Below, piece by piece: positions 47,918 through 57,367 of a stretch of 64,000 nt of DNA. Source of the DNA: an uncultured delta proteobacterium. Its GTDB lineage: Bacteria > Desulfobacterota > Binatia > UBA9968. The stretch's first letter is position 1. Every line of letters starts with the position of its first letter. A program made the position numbers and the translations under genes. The notes under the pieces were generated by a model, which saw only the letters and a list, made by a program, of their open reading frames with translations, searched no databases and was not told where the DNA came from. The stretch spans positions 448,001-512,000 of the forward strand of contig CAWFJP010000014.1 of NCBI GenBank assembly GCA_963816145.1. The letters run 5' to 3'.

Positions 47918-50131
47918 ATGTCTTCCCCGAATCCTTCTGCTGTTGAGCTGGCGCCGATCCGCGAGATGTTGGGGTTCTATTGTCATGCGTTGACCGAACG
48001 ACGCGTCGAGCTGCAGGATTTGAAGCAGCTGGTCGATAAGAACATTGGCTGGTCAAAAAACGACGTGGCTACGAGCGACGGGGCGGCAATCTTTTTGCCG
48101 TCAGTGGTCGAGCGTTTTGCGGTGCGGGCTGACAATTACGATTTTCTCAAAGTCATGCTCACCCAGCAGGCCGGCCATCTCGAGTTTGGCAGCTTCGAGT
48201 TCGAGTTCGACCGGGCGTCGACACGGTTCACCGATCTGCGGGCGAAGTTTACCGCCCCGCCAGAATATCATGACCACGATCACGGCCATGAAGGCCATCA
48301 CGAGCAGGCCGCGGTCACCGAGCTGACGAAGTTTTTCAAACTCTTTCCCAACAAGCGTCTGGCGCTGGACATCTTCGCCATCGTCGAAAGCGCCCGCGTC
48401 GAAGCGCGTATCATGCAGCAGTACCGCGGCATCGCCGTCGCTTATAGCGCGATGCGCCAGCGCACGCTGACGTTGCGCCAGGAGTCGATCTTTCTTCCCG
48501 CCCGCGAAGCGCTGCTGGAATTCATGGTGCGGCTCAGTCTTGGCCTGACCGATGGCATTAAAGTCCCTAAGCAGCAGGCGAAAGTCGCCCGCGATATCCG
48601 CGCGATGATGCAACTGGTCAGCGGCGCGGGCGCCACGGTCGAAGACGCCGCTGAGGCGACATTGCGCATTTATGCGCGCTTGGCGCGGGTCAAGAACGAC
48701 TATCTGGAGGAAGAGCAATTCATCGTTCTGAACTCCGAAGTAGCGAGTTCAAGCCGGCGAATTGGTTCTAAACGTTCCAAGGCTTCCAGTGGTTCCAAGG
48801 TTTGGCGAGATGAAGACGAGTACCGTGCGCTGCCTGAACTAGTTGGTCGTGAGCGCGAGTATCTGGCGCCGCAGGGGGTCGATTATCGCGGCGACTTTCG
48901 GCCTGAGCTGGCGCAGTTGCTCAACAAAGCGCAGGCTAACTCGCGTGAGCAGCGCAAATCGCTGACACCGGAAGAGCTGGCAGATCTCTTGCGCAGCCAG
49001 CGTACGCCGAAGCCGCGCAACGGCGAGGATGACGGCGACGAGCAGGATCCGCAGACCAGCCAGATGGTGCAAAACTTGATGAAGGAGCTCGACCAGCGCG
49101 ATCCGCGCATGCAGAGCGTGACGCGCCGGCCGTCGCCGAACAATGACGATGACTCGGGACCTCTGTCAGCGAACCAGCCCAATACTTTTATTTACGACGA
49201 ATGGGACGCCGCGGCGCATAAATATCGCGAGCGCTGGTGTAAGGTTTACGAAAAAAATCTTGGCAGCGGCGATCTGACGTTTTACCGCGAGACTTTGCTG
49301 AGCCATGCCGGTTTGTTGCAACAGATACGGCGCGAATTCGAGCAGGTGGTGCCGGAGCTTTATCACAAGGAAAAGCGCTTGCCGGAAGGGTCTGACCACG
49401 ACCTCGATCTGGCGATCGAGGCACTGACCGATTTTCGCATCGGCATTAGTCCTTCAGAGAAAATATTTTGGCGCCATCATAAGATCGACCGCGACGTCGC
49501 GGTGGCTTTTTTGCTCGACATGAGCGGCTCCACCGGCGAGGCGATCAAGACCGTGAATGAGAAACCGTTGGGCGGCAGCGCACCCGGCTTAGAGCGTTCA
49601 CAGCGGCGCATCATCGACGTTGAAAAAGAAGCCATCGTTCTAATGATGGACTCTCTCGAAGCGATCGGCGACCGCTACGGCGTTTACGGTTTTTCCGGCC
49701 ATGGCCGCGACAATGTCGAGTTTTACGTGATCAAGGATTTAGAAGAAGCGTTTTCGCTCGACATCGCCAAACGCTTTGGCCGCATCGGCCCGCTCCACGC
49801 CACGCGCATGGGACCGGCGATCCGCCATACGACGGCAAAGCTGCGCACGCAGCAGACTCACTCGAAATTCCTGTTTCTGATCAGCGACGGCCGGCCGCAG
49901 GACCGCGGTTATTCGCAGGAAGGCGCGGAGAAGGCCCACGCGGTGCAGGATACCCGCATGGCGATGATCGAGGCACGGCGCGAGGGTATTCATCCATTTT
50001 GTTTGACGGTGGACAAGGAAGGCAACGATTACCTGCGAACCATGATGGATGATTTTAGTTACGAAGTTTTGGCCGACGTCAGTTTATTGCCGCGGCGGTT
50101 GCCGCAGTTGTATAAAAAGCTCACGACTTAA
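47918..50131 (+). CDS. NorD/CbbO-type VWA-domain adaptor protein
   Basis: YDEWD..AHKY, LLDMSGST MIDAS, TRMGPAIRH, ISDGRP.D..Y, LPQLY..LT; TTG47891 lies in a repeat. Confidence 0.92.
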   Translation: MSSPNPSAVELAPIREMLGFYCHALTERRVELQDLKQLVDKNIGWSKNDVATSDGAAIFLPSVVERFAVRADNYDFLKVMLTQQAGHLEFGSFEFEFDRASTRFTDLRAKFTAPPEYHDHDHGHEGHHEQAAVTELTKFFKLFPNKRLALDIFAIVESARVEARIMQQYRGIAVAYSAMRQRTLTLRQESIFLPAREALLEFMVRLSLGLTDGIKVPKQQAKVARDIRAMMQLVSGAGATVEDAAEATLRIYARLARVKNDYLEEEQFIVLNSEVASSSRRIGSKRSKASSGSKVWRDEDEYRALPELVGREREYLAPQGVDYRGDFRPELAQLLNKAQANSREQRKSLTPEELADLLRSQRTPKPRNGEDDGDEQDPQTSQMVQNLMKELDQRDPRMQSVTRRPSPNNDDDSGPLSANQPNTFIYDEWDAAAHKYRERWCKVYEKNLGSGDLTFYRETLLSHAGLLQQIRREFEQVVPELYHKEKRLPEGSDHDLDLAIEALTDFRIGISPSEKIFWRHHKIDRDVAVAFLLDMSGSTGEAIKTVNEKPLGGSAPGLERSQRRIIDVEKEAIVLMMDSLEAIGDRYGVYGFSGHGRDNVEFYVIKDLEEAFSLDIAKRFGRIGPLHATRMGPAIRHTTAKLRTQQTHSKFLFLISDGRPQDRGYSQEGAEKAHAVQDTRMAMIEARREGIHPFCLTVDKEGNDYLRTMMDDFSYEVLADVSLLPRRLPQLYKKLTT

Positions 50132-50140
50132 AATTTAGCA

Positions 50141-50176
50141 CGTTCAAAACGTTCAAACGGTTCGAGCCGTTCAAAT
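50141..50176. repeat. 4 x 9-bp cgttcaaNN array
   Basis: cgttcaaaa cgttcaaac ggttcgagc cgttcaaat. Confidence 0.8.
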
Positions 50177-50194
50177 CGTCGCGGATTCGGAGAA

Positions 50195-51346
50195 GTGAAA
50201 GAAGTGGCAATACAGTACAAGATTATTTCCGGAGATTCGCATTTGGATTTGCCGCCGGACCGGTGGACGCACCGGGTTCCGGCAAAATGGAAAGACCGTG
50301 CACCGCGGCGGGTGAAGTTGCCTAGCGGCGAAGAGGCGATCGCCATGGAGGGGCGGCCCATAGCGCCCATCGGCCTAACGCGCAGCGTCGGGGTGCCCCA
50401 TGACCAGCTGCACCTTCAGGTGCCGACCTTTGACAACAGCGCCGGCACGGGACAGCCGGAGCAGCGCTTGCGCGAGCAGGATCAGGACGGCATCGACGCC
50501 GAGATTCTGTTTTCGCGCATTGCGATCATCCGCGGCATCCAGGAAGACGAGGGCTATGTCGCGCTCAATCATGCATACAACGAATACCTCGCCGAGGAAT
50601 ATGCCAAGGTTGCGCCGGAGCGGCTTTTCCCCATGGGGATTATTCCGATCACCGGCATAGACGACGCAGTGAAAGAGTTGGAATACTGCGCCAAAGCGGG
50701 TCTGAGAGGCGTGCAGCTCGATATGTTCCCTAACGGCAAACAATTTCCGACGGCGGCGGACGACCGTTTCTGGGCCGCAGCGCTCGATCACAATATCGCC
50801 ATCGCGTCACACACGCGCGCGGGCACGACACGTTTCGCTGACAAAGGACCGTTCTTCCAATATCCGAAGGGCGGATACAAAGGCGATCCCATCGAACAAA
50901 TATTTCGCTTCTGCGGCGACGCCGCCTTCGCTGTTTTGCAGATGGCCTTCGCCGGTGTTTACGACCGCTTTCCGCAATTACAACTCTACTGGGCCGAGAC
51001 GCAGATCGGCTGGTTGCCCTACGCGCTCTGGCAGGTCGACGATCACTACGAACGCTATCGCCACTTGGCGAAGGGGATGTTCGGCCTCGACTTTCTCAAA
51101 AGCAAGCCAAGTGAGTATATCCGCGAGCATTCGCTCTGGGGTTTTCTTTACGACAAAGTCGGGGTCGGCACGCGGCAAGCGATCGGCAGCGACAAAGTGA
51201 TCTGGGGCAGCGACTTCGCTCATGCGGCGAGCGACTGGCCCAACTCGAAAAAGACTATCGCCGACAGTTTCGCCGGTGTGCCAGAAGATGAGAGTTACGC
51301 GATGCTAGCGGGTAATGTTATCCGATTTTTTCATTTGAACGGGTAA
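50195..51346 (+). CDS. Amidohydrolase_2 family protein
   Basis: ISGDSH, QDQDGIDAEILF, WAETQIGWLP, WGSDFAH; start uncertain. Confidence 0.9.
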   Translation: MKEVAIQYKIISGDSHLDLPPDRWTHRVPAKWKDRAPRRVKLPSGEEAIAMEGRPIAPIGLTRSVGVPHDQLHLQVPTFDNSAGTGQPEQRLREQDQDGIDAEILFSRIAIIRGIQEDEGYVALNHAYNEYLAEEYAKVAPERLFPMGIIPITGIDDAVKELEYCAKAGLRGVQLDMFPNGKQFPTAADDRFWAAALDHNIAIASHTRAGTTRFADKGPFFQYPKGGYKGDPIEQIFRFCGDAAFAVLQMAFAGVYDRFPQLQLYWAETQIGWLPYALWQVDDHYERYRHLAKGMFGLDFLKSKPSEYIREHSLWGFLYDKVGVGTRQAIGSDKVIWGSDFAHAASDWPNSKKTIADSFAGVPEDESYAMLAGNVIRFFHLNG

Positions 51347-51356
51347 TCGGAAATCT

Positions 51357-51518
51357 CGCCACAGAGGGCACCGGGATCACAGAGTAGAAGAATAAGATTC
51401 AAATGGGTGACCGCAAAGGATACAAAAGCGCAAGAACAGTTCGGACGCGTAGGGGGCGGGTGTTAAACCCGCCCGTCGATAGTCAGAGAGGTGTCATTTC
51501 GACCACAGGGAGAAATCT
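51357..51518. repeat. Cluster of repeat half-elements including a GTAG-type REP hairpin
   Basis: gtagggggcgggtgttaaacccgccc; tgtcatttcgaccacagggagaaatct matches the reverse complement of 4467-4493 at all but two positions. Confidence 0.7.
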
Positions 51519-51598
51519 ATTTCAAACCTTACCGAGTAGGGCGTTGCGGGCAATTAATTTCAAATCGATCGGGCGCGATTCGTCAGTTAAAGTTTTTG

Positions 51599-51862
51599 TC
51601 AGCTTCGCTTGCTGAGCGCCATCGCAGCGATGATGAAGTCTAGAAGCGCTGTGCCCAAGAACCCAATGATGGTCTGCAACGCCAAATATTTTTCGGTGTA
51701 GATATACACCGCAATATTTGCGATCCCGAACAAGGTCCAAGTCATGGGACTCACGCCTCGAACGCTGTTGCTGCGCAGGATGGCGATGAGCTGGATCAGT
51801 GTTGCGGCAGGGAAGATGATCGCTGGGAGCCAGCCGGCGATGTTGATGACGTGGGGGTTCAT
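51599..51862 (-). CDS. SemiSWEET/PQ-loop-like three-helix membrane protein
   Basis: 87 aa, three hydrophobic helices, IQL..I.R..S..GVS pattern; GAGGG RBS. Confidence 0.7.
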   Translation of the reverse strand: MNPHVINIAGWLPAIIFPAATLIQLIAILRSNSVRGVSPMTWTLFGIANIAVYIYTEKYLALQTIIGFLGTALLDFIIAAMALSKRS

Positions 51863-51954
51863 TCCCTCATTTCATAGTTTCCAGACTCGCAGCCCTGTTC
51901 GAGATCGGCAATCGTGGCGGGGGGGACCTCTTGGTCTACAGGGGGCCTTCAAGG

Positions 51955-52341
51955 TTACGATATCGGAGTTACGTGGTTTCTTAACCAAGTTGTGAACTCA
52001 TCGCGTTTCATCAGCCCCGATGCGACCAACAGAATTATTTGCTCTTGTTCGTCGACGGATGCGTCAATCTCGCACCCGTTGATGACCAGAAATGTTTCCA
52101 GTGCCGCGTGTCCAATGCGTTTGTTGCCGTCGACGAAGGGATGATTCTGTATGAGCGAGAATCCCAGAGCCGACGCCTTTTCGGTAACTGTCGGGTATAA
52201 GTCTTCGCCGCCGAATGTTGCTCGAGGCTGAGCTAGCGACGACTCTAGAGCATGAAGATCTCGTATGCCGAAGCTTCCACCGCTTTGACGAATAATCTTA
52301 CGGTAGATTTCGAGTGCTTCATTGAGACTGAGGTAACGCAC
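51955..52341 (-). CDS. doc: Type II toxin, Doc (Fic/Doc family)
   Basis: GIRD...LES, HPFVDGNKR Doc-type motif; GTG start overlaps the upstream TAG. Confidence 0.92.
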   Translation of the reverse strand: MRYLSLNEALEIYRKIIRQSGGSFGIRDLHALESSLAQPRATFGGEDLYPTVTEKASALGFSLIQNHPFVDGNKRIGHAALETFLVINGCEIDASVDEQEQIILLVASGLMKRDEFTTWLRNHVTPIS

Positions 52342-52538
52342 TATGCAAGCCGTCGGTACAGCTCAGAATTCTTATTTAAGACGTACTCGGCGGCCTTTTC
52401 GAAGGCCTCATCGGGTCTTGTCAGCAGCTCATCGATGCTGACTCGTACAAGGTCCTCCGGCGAGATGCTAAATCGACCGGCTATCTCTTTGAGTTTCGCC
52501 ATTCGGTCATCGGAAACTGTTACGGTGATGCTGCTCAT
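52341..52538 (-). CDS. Putative antitoxin (RHH/CopG-like)
   Basis: 65 aa; ITVTVSD...LK.IA; C-terminal VL.KN.ELYRRLA; GGAGG RBS; coupled to doc. Confidence 0.85.
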   Translation of the reverse strand: MSSITVTVSDDRMAKLKEIAGRFSISPEDLVRVSIDELLTRPDEAFEKAAEYVLNKNSELYRRLA

Positions 52539-52610
52539 ACAAACCTCCAGATGGGATCGGAGTATAGCTTCCCGCTGGAAAAAATCCTACAAACCGTGCC
52601 GAATAATCGC

Positions 52611-53633
52611 CTACCCATTCTCTTCCCGGTCCAAACCGGTCATCTCCAGTAGAGGCCGATCGGTGAACGAAAACAGGATCGCCGGCTCGGTTTGCGACAG
52701 GTTTTTATGCGCGTGCCAACGCCAGGAGGGGACGGTGTAGCTGTCGTGTTCGTCCCATTGCAGTTCTACAGGATTGGTCTTGTCGACCAGGGTGACGCCG
52801 CGGCCTTGGACGGAGTGATACATCGCCGTGCCAGTGTGGCGGTGAAAGCGGGTTTCTTGTCCCGGTTGAAGCAGCTGCAAGTAGCAGGTCATGGTGAGAA
52901 AGGTGTGGCCGCCATCGATGGGGTTTTTGTATTCGATGTATAGGCCGTCGTAAGGGTCTTGGATGCCTTGCTCGCCAAGCTCCTTCAATGCGTCGAGCGC
53001 TTCCTGCCATTTGTAATGATACGGCACGCCGGCGGCGCCTTCGTAGTTGACTTTCGGCTGGCGCGCCGGGCCGAAGAGGCGGCGCGCCGCGCCGTGGCCA
53101 CGGGTCAAGGGTTGTTGTTTGCCTTCGGCCCATTCTTCGCGAAAAATGTGAGCATCGAGATAATTGACCAATCCGGCGTCCAAGGCGTCGATCCAAATGA
53201 TCGGCTCTTTGGAAGTGTTCACATGATCGTGCCACACCCAGTTGGGCTGAATCAGCAAGTCGCCCGGCTCCATCACCATGGGTTCGCCGTTCGATGTCGT
53301 GTAGGCGCCGCCACCGGAGACGACGAAACGCAGCGCCGTGTTGGTGTGACGGTGCGCCGCGGCAGCTTCGCCGGGAAGAACGATTTGAAACCCCATCGCC
53401 AACGTCTTGCTGCCGGTCTGCAAGCCGACGTTGCGCCGAAAGGCGTCGGGGCCGATGCGGATGACTTCGGTGGTTTCCATCAAGGCCGGATAGATATCTT
53501 TCCAGCGCCACAGCCGCGGCTCCATGCGTTGATAATTTCGCTCGTTCTGCCAGTAGCCACGCAGGCCCAATTCGGCGAACTTCTTGTGTAGTTGTTCGCG
53601 GTCTTTCGGTTCTTTGATAGCCGGCTTGGACAT
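52611..53633 (-). CDS. Gentisate/1-hydroxy-2-naphthoate 1,2-dioxygenase-like bicupin
   Basis: HRHTNTALRF, PNWVWHDH, WIDALD, HRHTG, PSWRWH; AGGAG RBS. Confidence 0.9.
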   Translation of the reverse strand: MSKPAIKEPKDREQLHKKFAELGLRGYWQNERNYQRMEPRLWRWKDIYPALMETTEVIRIGPDAFRRNVGLQTGSKTLAMGFQIVLPGEAAAAHRHTNTALRFVVSGGGAYTTSNGEPMVMEPGDLLIQPNWVWHDHVNTSKEPIIWIDALDAGLVNYLDAHIFREEWAEGKQQPLTRGHGAARRLFGPARQPKVNYEGAAGVPYHYKWQEALDALKELGEQGIQDPYDGLYIEYKNPIDGGHTFLTMTCYLQLLQPGQETRFHRHTGTAMYHSVQGRGVTLVDKTNPVELQWDEHDSYTVPSWRWHAHKNLSQTEPAILFSFTDRPLLEMTGLDREENG

Positions 53634-53646
53634 CTTTGTTCTCCTG

Positions 53647-53682
53647 GGTTCAAATCGTTCCAACCGTTCAAGTCGTTCAAAA
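53647..53682. repeat. 4 x 9-bp NGTTCAANN array
   Basis: ggttcaaat cgttccaac cgttcaagt cgttcaaaa. Confidence 0.8.
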
Positions 53683-53802
53683 CGTTAGCTCACCGAGGTT
53701 GTATCAAATTCATGAATCCGGGCGCAACTTGGACTTTACAACGATGACTGTTTCCAGCTATGACTTTAGGAAATCTTCTCCAAATCCCTAAGGAGGTTCG
53801 TT

Positions 53803-54774
53803 ATGGTTTCAGCGAAGGATGTCCAAGGCGTGATGGCGATGATGCCATCGTTTTCGACCAAAGATGCCGGCGATTTGACCGCGAAAAATACTATCGATGT
53901 CGACAATCTCAAAGCCGGTGTCGACAAGATGATCAACGACGGTATCGACGTGATCACCACCACGGGAAGTTTCGGCGAGTGCTACAACTTGAGCTGGGAC
54001 GAGTACAAGACGTTGGCCGCGGCTGCCGTCGACGCGGTGAAAAAACGCGTGCCGCTGTTCGTCGGCGCCACCAGCCCCAATGTGCGCGAAGTGGTCGAAC
54101 GGCTGAAGTTCGTCCAAGACATCGGCGCGGACGGCACGCTGCTCGGTGTGCCTTACTATGACGCGCAATCACCGGAGTATATGGCCGACTTTTACACCCA
54201 GATCGCCGAGATGTTTCCCAAGCTGGCGTTTCTGATCTATCACAATCCGGTCAACCATAAGGTCAAGATTCCGGTGTCGGTCTTTCCGCGCTTAGTGAAG
54301 TGTTCCAATATTGTCGGTATGAAGGACAGCCATCGCGACACTCGAGAGTTTCTCCGGCTGATGGACATCATCCGCGGCAAGATCAGCGTTATGACAAATC
54401 AAGCGCAGATGGTTCCCTACTATCGCATGGGTTCGGCGGGCTGCTGGTCGATCGACTCCTGGATGGGCCCTTGGCCGGTGCTGCATTTGAGAAACTTGGT
54501 TCGCGCCGGCAAGGACCAAGAAGCGATCGCGGTGATCAGTGATATCATGAACGCCGCCGGTGGCGAACGGCCTGGCGGCAACGAAGGCGCCACGGCGAAG
54601 CTGCCCATCGAATTCGCCGGCTACGTCAATCCCGGTCCGGCGCGCACACCGATCGTGAAGTTCTCCGATACGGCTATCGAACGGGCGAAGAAAAAAGCCG
54701 AAGGTTGGAAGACGCTGTGCGCGAAGTATAAGCCGTTGGTCGAGGCGGCGCGGGCGCAAGCCAAGGTCGCTTAA
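53803..54774 (+). CDS. DHDPS/NAL-family aldolase, NahE/PhdJ hydratase-aldolase-like
   Basis: GSFGE (GXXGE), KKRVPLFVG, GADGTLLG.P, IYHNP, Schiff-base MKDS, MGPWP; AAGGAGG RBS. Confidence 0.85.
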   Translation: MVSAKDVQGVMAMMPSFSTKDAGDLTAKNTIDVDNLKAGVDKMINDGIDVITTTGSFGECYNLSWDEYKTLAAAAVDAVKKRVPLFVGATSPNVREVVERLKFVQDIGADGTLLGVPYYDAQSPEYMADFYTQIAEMFPKLAFLIYHNPVNHKVKIPVSVFPRLVKCSNIVGMKDSHRDTREFLRLMDIIRGKISVMTNQAQMVPYYRMGSAGCWSIDSWMGPWPVLHLRNLVRAGKDQEAIAVISDIMNAAGGERPGGNEGATAKLPIEFAGYVNPGPARTPIVKFSDTAIERAKKKAEGWKTLCAKYKPLVEAARAQAKVA

Positions 54775-54782
54775 TCAAATTC

Positions 54783-54855
54783 CGTTCAAGGTTCAAAGGT
54801 TCAATCGGTCCCAATCCGATCCGACCTTGAACTCTTGAACTTTGAACTTTTGAAC
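54783..54855. repeat. Inverted 7-8-bp gttcaa(a)g arrays
   Basis: gttcaaggttcaaaggttcaa ... ttgaactcttgaactttgaacttttgaac; a half copy lies at 56067-56097. Confidence 0.8.
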
Positions 54856-54874
54856 AAGTGTTTTGGAGATACGC

Positions 54875-56062
54875 ATGAGTTCGGTTCCGTTAATTCCTAA
54901 ACAGGCGGCGATCGCCGTCGGCGATATGATCGACAACTGTGCCAAGGTCAAGCCGGGGATGAACGTGTTGCTCGTCGCCGGTAACGACGGCATGTACGGC
55001 GGCGTCAACATCGTCGATTCGGAAACCATCTCATGGCTGCACTCCGCGATCGTTCAACGCGGCGCCGATGCGACGGTGGTTTGGTGCGATATTCCCTATC
55101 GCCCGATGGTGCTATGGGGCGACGGCGCCGACCCGGGCAAGGCCTGGCGTGTGCCCAAGATCGTCGCCGCCGCGATGAAGGGCGCCGATTGCATCGTCAG
55201 CAACGCCGTCGATCTCACTTTCGAAGAAGAGCTGCGCGAGACCGCCGATATTCTCGAAGAGTATAATATCCCGTACGCGCGCAACATGGCGACCACGGGA
55301 TCGCTGCTGACCAGCAACTGGGGGCTGACGCCCTACGAGTTAGTTTCCGAGATCCGCGTTCAGGCATGTGCTCTAGCCGTTCCCGGGGCGAAATGGGTGA
55401 TGACTCATCCCAACGGCTCGCATATCGAAGGCTACGTCGTGAAGCCGGAGGAAATGGACGACTACGCGCATTATCGGGATATCGGCGTCTACCGGCCGTT
55501 TCCCGAAGGTGTCTGGTCGTCGATCCGCGCGCGCGATGCCGAGGGTGTCGGCATCATCAATGAGATCGGTGTGATCTGGGCGCGGCACATTGGCGTGCCC
55601 TGTCCGTTCAAGCAGCCGGTGAAAGTGTTTATCGAAAAAGGGCAGATCACAAAATTCGAAGGCGGAGCCGAAGCCGAGACGCTGACGCGTTTCTACCAAT
55701 TCATCTCAAAATATTTGGGCGACGCGGCTTACGAAGTGCGCGGGTTCCATGGCGGAGTTCATCCATCGGCGATCTTGGAACCGCATCAGTGCCCTAATGC
55801 GCCGTACCGCCACTTCATCGAGCACCATCACTGGAGCAGTTTTCACTTTCACATGGGCAACAGCCGGCGCAGCAAGACGTTTCCCTATTTGATGCACATC
55901 TCCGCCGAACTGCGCGGCGGCGATCTCAAGATCGGCGATAAGTTTGTTTATCAGAATGGCCGAATCACCACGGCAGATCATCCGAAAGTTCGGGCTATCG
56001 CCGAGAAGCACAAAGATCGTCCGGGACTGGAGCCGGAGAAGTGGTTACAATCGCCCAGATAA
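54875..56062 (+). CDS. Hypothetical protein, possibly of the aminopeptidase-T/NicX-like fold
   Basis: CAKVKPG.NVL, THPNGS.I, FPEG, A..AEG, PVKV.IEKG.I..FEGG.EA, HFH.GN. Confidence 0.55.
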   Translation: MSSVPLIPKQAAIAVGDMIDNCAKVKPGMNVLLVAGNDGMYGGVNIVDSETISWLHSAIVQRGADATVVWCDIPYRPMVLWGDGADPGKAWRVPKIVAAAMKGADCIVSNAVDLTFEEELRETADILEEYNIPYARNMATTGSLLTSNWGLTPYELVSEIRVQACALAVPGAKWVMTHPNGSHIEGYVVKPEEMDDYAHYRDIGVYRPFPEGVWSSIRARDAEGVGIINEIGVIWARHIGVPCPFKQPVKVFIEKGQITKFEGGAEAETLTRFYQFISKYLGDAAYEVRGFHGGVHPSAILEPHQCPNAPYRHFIEHHHWSSFHFHMGNSRRSKTFPYLMHISAELRGGDLKIGDKFVYQNGRITTADHPKVRAIAEKHKDRPGLEPEKWLQSPR

Positions 56063-56125
56063 GATTTATTCAAAGTTCAAGGTTCAAAGGTTCGAGGTTT
56101 GTTCGGATCCATCGGGAGATAGATA

Positions 56126-57271
56126 ATGGCAAGCAAGTATCGTTTGTTTTCAGCTGATTCACATTTAGAAATTTCGCCGGCGCGTTGGACCGATCGAGTG
56201 CCGGAGAAGTATCGTGACCGGGCGCCGCGATTGGTGAAGCTCGCCAATGGCGGCGATGGGATTATCATTGAAGGACGGCCGCTTTATGTGGTCGGGCTGG
56301 CGATCGCGGGCAAGCCTTACGAGCGGCATGAGCTGAGGGGGATTAGCTACGAAGGGTCGGAAGGAGCAGGTTCGCCCGAACAACGGTTGAAGGAGCAGGA
56401 GAAGGATGGTGTCGACGGCGAGATTCTCTATACGTCGGCGAGCAACCTAAGCTTTTGGCGAGGTATCAAGAATGACGACGCCTATTTGGCGACCGTGCAT
56501 GCGTACAATACGTTTCTTGCCGAAGAATATTGCACGGTCAATCGCGATCGTTTGATCGCCCTCGGGGCGATCCCGACCCATTCGGTCGACGCGGCGGTCA
56601 AGGAGCTGGAGTACTGCGCGAAGGCTGGCTTGAAGGGCATGATGCTCAACACATTTCCCAGCGGCAAGTCTTACCCAACCGCTGAAGACGATCGCTTCTA
56701 CGCGGCCGCGCTGGATCTCCAGATGCCGCTATCGGTGCACGTCTCGATGCAGCTCCCCGACGGGCCGTTGTTCAAATACGACAAAGATCCAGGTGAAGTG
56801 GCGTTTGGCGGCGACCCGATTCGCGTGTTGACGCGCTTCGGCGGCAATAGCGGCTTGAACGCCGTGCAGCTGCTACTTTCCGGTGTTTTCGATCGCTTGC
56901 CCAAATTGAGAATCTACTGGGCGGAGACCCAGATGGGGTGGTTGCCTTACTACTACGACCAGCTCGACGACGTTTACAATCGCAGCAAGCATTGGATGCA
57001 ACGTTATTTCGATTTGAAGCCGTTGGAGAAATCCCCCAGCGTTTATTTCCGCGAGCACTTCTATTGGGGCTTCATTTACGATCGCGTCGGCGTGCGCCTG
57101 CGCTACGAGATCGGTGTCGACAAGGTCATGTGGGGTAACGACTTCCCGCATTCCGCCGGCGATTGGCCCAACTCCAAACGGGTCATCGAAGATATCTTCT
57201 CAGGTGTGCCGGAGGATGAGAAGCATAAAATGCTGGTCGATAACGCGGCGAATTTCTTTCACTTGAATTAA
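56126..57271 (+). CDS. Amidohydrolase_2 family protein (close paralog of 50195)
   Basis: FSADSH, QEKDGVDGEILY, WAETQMGWLP, WGNDFPH. Confidence 0.9.
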   Translation: MASKYRLFSADSHLEISPARWTDRVPEKYRDRAPRLVKLANGGDGIIIEGRPLYVVGLAIAGKPYERHELRGISYEGSEGAGSPEQRLKEQEKDGVDGEILYTSASNLSFWRGIKNDDAYLATVHAYNTFLAEEYCTVNRDRLIALGAIPTHSVDAAVKELEYCAKAGLKGMMLNTFPSGKSYPTAEDDRFYAAALDLQMPLSVHVSMQLPDGPLFKYDKDPGEVAFGGDPIRVLTRFGGNSGLNAVQLLLSGVFDRLPKLRIYWAETQMGWLPYYYDQLDDVYNRSKHWMQRYFDLKPLEKSPSVYFREHFYWGFIYDRVGVRLRYEIGVDKVMWGNDFPHSAGDWPNSKRVIEDIFSGVPEDEKHKMLVDNAANFFHLN

Positions 57272-57279
57272 GATCGTAT

Positions 57280-57356
57280 TCACCACGAAGACGCGAAGAG
57301 CGCGAAGGTTCGGAGAATCTATTTCTTTCCTTCGTGTCCATCGTGTCTTCGTGGTG
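57280..57356. repeat. cacgaag-periodic long hairpin
   Basis: tcaccacgaagacgcgaagagcgcgaagg ... ccttcgtgtccatcgtgtcttcgtggtg. Confidence 0.85.
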
Positions 57357-57367
57357 CGCCAATCCCG

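Noticed and set aside
46829-50131. Evidence for carbon fixation or denitrification
   Set aside because: No RuBisCO or nor structural genes in the window; the family assignment does not identify the client
8628-56097. GTTC-rich periodic arrays as CRISPR repeats
   Set aside because: Units are 7-9 bp with no unique spacers, and no cas genes are present
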